Shown: positions 57,175 through 60,155 of the stretch, piece after piece
Layout: each line of letters begins with the position of its first letter
How positions within the stretch are numbered: the first letter of the stretch is position 1
Origin: Candidatus Hodarchaeota archaeon
GTDB lineage: Archaea > Asgardarchaeota > Heimdallarchaeia > Hodarchaeales > Hodarchaeaceae
Length of the DNA stretch: 60,155 nucleotides
Direction: 5' to 3'
Assembly (NCBI GenBank): GCA_016840035.1
Contig: JAEOTC010000182.1
Coordinates: forward strand, 1-60,155
Made by a program: the position numbers and the translations under genes
Notes under the pieces: generated by a model
Database searches by the model: none
What the model saw: only the letters and a program-made list of their open reading frames with translations
What the model was told of the DNA's origin: nothing

Positions 57175-59946
57175 TTATTCTCTCGTACTTTGAATAAAGG
57201 GTCTTCTCTTAGAATGCTCTTTTTCCCATCTTTTCCGTTCTGAACGCAATCGAAAGAGGTCTACATCTTTATATATGAGTGATTCTTCCATGGAAGGAAT
57301 CTTTCTTTCCTTTCGTTCTCTTTCTGGAGTGAATATAAACGAATTTCCAATTTCTGCGATATTTGCGAAGAAACAATAGGCAAAAATCGATCTTCGGGCA
57401 TCATAATGAACAGCTTGAAAATCCTCGGTAACTGGTGTAAATGCAGGATTAAAAATTAAGTCTACAGGCGGATCCGCATTTTTGAGCTCCACCCGTAGAT
57501 CCATATCTAGAAAATCCCTACAAATTGCAATCGCTATGGTTCCATATTCAGTAATTCCTACTATCATCTCTCTTTGACCCGTTTCTAATTCAATTCCTTC
57601 TTTAAATCTTCTTCCTTGGTAATGGATGATTGCAGGGATATGCTTTTCTTGTTGCCAAAGGATCCCAGTAGGGCCAATAACTAGACTGATATTTTTATTC
57701 GTTTCCTGATTATGATAAGATCCAGGAATAATATACATGTTACAGCTCTTAGCTAAATCAAGTGTCTCTTTCAGTAATTGCTTATAATTCAGATCAATCG
57801 CTAATTCAGGGAATAGAATAATATTTACTCCTTTAGTATGGGCTTCTTTTATTAATTCTTTTACTTTCATACTTACGGAGGGTATTTTTTCTTCCTTGAG
57901 AAGAAATAAACCTTCTCTATGTTCTGTGTAAAATTCATGTAATAGATCACCTGATTTAGATTTACCGATTTGCGCTATAGCTACTCTAAAATTAGGTTTC
58001 TCTCTAGTTGAAACATCTTGTAAGAGATTTACGTACTTTAAACGATATTTACGCTTAGGTATAGTTTCAAATGCTTCAGGAATCCCTTTTGCTCGAATGG
58101 AATATTTTTTTACTTCTTCTTCTGTTATATCATCCCTTTCTTTTCCAATTCCCGTTATTAATTCTTCTAATCGTGTTAACTTAAGTCGTTCGTTTATTGG
58201 AGCTTTTTGTTTGACTAAATATTCCCATTTTTCAATTTGAGTATCCAATAAGGTTTTTTCACTGTAGATCTTGATTGCTAAATATCTTAAACCTTTCTTT
58301 TCTGCTGTAATTAATGCTTGGTCTAGGAGTTTTTGTGCCGTTTGAACATCCATTTCTAGAAGTGCCAGTTTGGATTGTAGAACGTGGATTTCAATGAGTA
58401 GAGAGTGTGAATCCTGCTGTTTGGCAATGTTATGCAATCTTTCTATCAGAATTTTTACCTCTTTTAGAATTTCACCTTCACTCGTCATCTTTAGTTCGAA
58501 TAATAGCAAGTCACAGAGATGAATCATGGCAGTAATTGTAAGTGCATGATTGACAATTTCACTTTCAACTACCTCAAGAAGCAATTCTTCCGCTTTCATT
58601 TTATCTCGTGTTCGTTTATGGGATTTCAAGATCAGAGCATTAGCAACCAAATAGCGATGTTTATCTATTGGATTCTTGGTCCTTTCAGAAATCTCCTTAA
58701 TCTTTTCCACATGTTCTTGGGCAATACTAAAGTCATTACTATCAATGGCTAGTAAAAATAACTCATACAAGACTATAGCTGCTGAAGAGTCGTTTTCTAA
58801 CTCCTCATACATAGATAAGCTCTGTTCGAAATATTTTAGAGCCCAATCAGGATTTCTTTTCTTTCTGTACAGCTCACCTATGTTTGTTAGAGACATTGCT
58901 ATATCCTGCTTGATTCCCAACTCTTTATATAGTGAAAGGCTCTCTTGAAAATATTCCAATGCTAAATCAAGATCTCCTTTCACCTGATAGACATCACCAA
59001 GGTTGTTTAAAGCTAATGCAATTCCTTTTTTGTCAATGATTTCCTCATATATTTTTTGTCCTTGCTGGTAATGCTCCAAGGCGTTTGAAAGTTCTCCCAT
59101 CAGTCGATAGATAGCTCCTATATTAAGAAGAGTCATTGCTATTTCATTTTTATTTCCTAATTCCTGTCTAATTTCATATGTCTTTAGAAAATATTCTAAC
59201 GCCTTTTTCTGGGCACCTATCGAAGAGTATGTGATTCCCATATTGTTGTATATTTTTGCGATAGTGTCTTTATCCCCCAGGGCTTCATAGAGATGTAAAC
59301 TTTGCTGATATTTTTCTAATGCAGAAGTAGCCTCCCCTTTTGATTGATAAATGAGTCCTAAGTTATTAAGTGAATCCGCGATTCCTTTCTTATCATTCTG
59401 CACTCTGGAAATCTCTAAGCTTTCTTCATGATTTAATAATGCCTCATCAAGCTTTCCCATATACCAGTAGATTATTCCCCCATGGCGTAGTAAAGCCTTT
59501 TTTCTCGTAGTGAATGCTTTTTCGTCCTCTTTGTTAATAATAAGATTTTTCCCTTCTTCTACTGATTTTAAACCATTTTTTAAATTCCCTAATCGCCAAG
59601 AAATTTCAGCTTTGAGTATAAGTATGTCGATTACCTTTAGAATGTTGATTAATTTTCTATCCAATGAAAGAAATTCTTCTATAGTTGTAAGTGCATCGTT
59701 GTAATCCCCGAGTTCTGTTTTTATTTTGCACTTAAACAGCAAAAAAGTGGATTTATCCTCTATCGTTAGTTTTTCTTTTGGAGAAATAGTATCTATTATT
59801 TTTAAAGCACTAGAATATTCTCTCTGCTGTATTAACTGTTCAATCTGCTCTAAGTCCTCTTGAACTGTAGATTTCAAATGTATACCATCCAAAACTTTCC
59901 GAACTGAATCATCAAAGGAATTATTTAAGTTCCAATGATAATTCAT
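57175..59946 (-). CDS. TPR-repeat protein fused to a C-terminal nitrilase/carbon-nitrogen hydrolase domain
   Basis: About seven 40-aa TPR-like repeats (IA..LNNLG.IY...G....ALE.YQQSL). The C-terminal RVAIAQ, ILFPEL, IPGSY, QEKHIPA and ICRDF supply the E-K-C triad. Confidence 0.85.
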   Translation of the reverse strand: MNYHWNLNNSFDDSVRKVLDGIHLKSTVQEDLEQIEQLIQQREYSSALKIIDTISPKEKLTIEDKSTFLLFKCKIKTELGDYNDALTTIEEFLSLDRKLINILKVIDILILKAEISWRLGNLKNGLKSVEEGKNLIINKEDEKAFTTRKKALLRHGGIIYWYMGKLDEALLNHEESLEISRVQNDKKGIADSLNNLGLIYQSKGEATSALEKYQQSLHLYEALGDKDTIAKIYNNMGITYSSIGAQKKALEYFLKTYEIRQELGNKNEIAMTLLNIGAIYRLMGELSNALEHYQQGQKIYEEIIDKKGIALALNNLGDVYQVKGDLDLALEYFQESLSLYKELGIKQDIAMSLTNIGELYRKKRNPDWALKYFEQSLSMYEELENDSSAAIVLYELFLLAIDSNDFSIAQEHVEKIKEISERTKNPIDKHRYLVANALILKSHKRTRDKMKAEELLLEVVESEIVNHALTITAMIHLCDLLLFELKMTSEGEILKEVKILIERLHNIAKQQDSHSLLIEIHVLQSKLALLEMDVQTAQKLLDQALITAEKKGLRYLAIKIYSEKTLLDTQIEKWEYLVKQKAPINERLKLTRLEELITGIGKERDDITEEEVKKYSIRAKGIPEAFETIPKRKYRLKYVNLLQDVSTREKPNFRVAIAQIGKSKSGDLLHEFYTEHREGLFLLKEEKIPSVSMKVKELIKEAHTKGVNIILFPELAIDLNYKQLLKETLDLAKSCNMYIIPGSYHNQETNKNISLVIGPTGILWQQEKHIPAIIHYQGRRFKEGIELETGQREMIVGITEYGTIAIAICRDFLDMDLRVELKNADPPVDLIFNPAFTPVTEDFQAVHYDARRSIFAYCFFANIAEIGNSFIFTPERERKERKIPSMEESLIYKDVDLFRLRSERKRWEKEHSKRRPFIQSTRE

Positions 59947-59954
59947 TAATTCGA

Positions 59955-60155
59955 TTATATCTTGCCATCTTCAGCCATTACCAGACATTTTCTCATGGTA
60001 TAGTTTAAGAAAATATCACAGGTTTTTTTCCATCCTCTCTCCATCATCCACTCTGAAATTTCTTCCCCTTTTCGGAAGTCAACCTTATTCAATGTTTTAC
60101 AATCTGTACTATCGAATTTTATCAAAAATTCGTTGTAAAGCTCGTTTACGGCTTG
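59955..60155 (-). CDS. C-terminal fragment of a probable C-GCAxxG-C-C family redox protein (5'-truncated by window edge)
   Basis: Open frame QAVNELYNEFLIKFDSTDCKTLNKVDF...WKKTCDIF...KI*. The F...F.S..C..L...D...C spacing resembles the family C-terminus. Confidence 0.55.
   Translation of the reverse strand, partial: QAVNELYNEFLIKFDSTDCKTLNKVDFRKGEEISEWMMERGWKKTCDIFLNYTMRKCLVMAEDGKI

Noticed and set aside
57900-59500. ~120-bp periodicity in the TPR gene as a possible repeat array
   Set aside because: It is protein-level TPR repetition with divergent codons and no identical direct repeats or spacers.
202-59704. Numerous 60-155 aa ORFs antisense to or nested in long genes (e.g. 202-447, 5394-5774, 17656-18123, 35685-36086, 44169-44567)
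   Set aside because: They are shadow frames of well-supported genes on the opposite strand or in another frame, with no motifs of their own.
1-60155. rRNA, tRNA, CRISPR arrays, transposases/integrases, selenocysteine or pyrrolysine read-through
   Set aside because: None recognised by eye. Intergenic gaps are short and AT-rich, and no gene appears interrupted at a catalytic position by TGA or TAG. tRNAscan-SE and Infernal would be needed to exclude small RNAs formally.

Overview
This is a gene-dense, AT-rich archaeal chromosome segment. Its gene content suggests an Asgard archaeon, probably Heimdallarchaeia/Hodarchaeales-like (inference): a RING-finger protein, a long TPR protein, type II MetAP, an F420-type LLM oxidoreductase, and Ser/Thr-linker proteins with C-terminal membrane anchors. 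About 55 CDSs are present. They cover heterotrophic peptide and carbohydrate metabolism (several peptidases, a large GH13 enzyme, proline dehydrogenase), cytochrome bd oxidase (cydAB), transporters, an iscS-iscU-tusA operon, two orphan DNA methyltransferases and a solo OLD-family nuclease. I saw no rRNA, tRNA, CRISPR array or transposase. The most unusual items are: (1) a putative OB-fold + RING fusion protein; (2) an IscS lacking the PLP Schiff-base lysine but keeping the catalytic Cys; (3) an uncharacterised five-gene membrane/ABC-export operon whose first two small hydrophobic genes are set off by an internal hairpin and T-tract; (4) a TPR-nitrilase fusion; (5) a 7TM sensor with only a DHp (His-box) domain next to a solo receiver; (6) a Zn-finger-Smr protein; and (7) two small ORFs missed by the ORF track. 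All family assignments come from motif recognition by eye; no searches were run.
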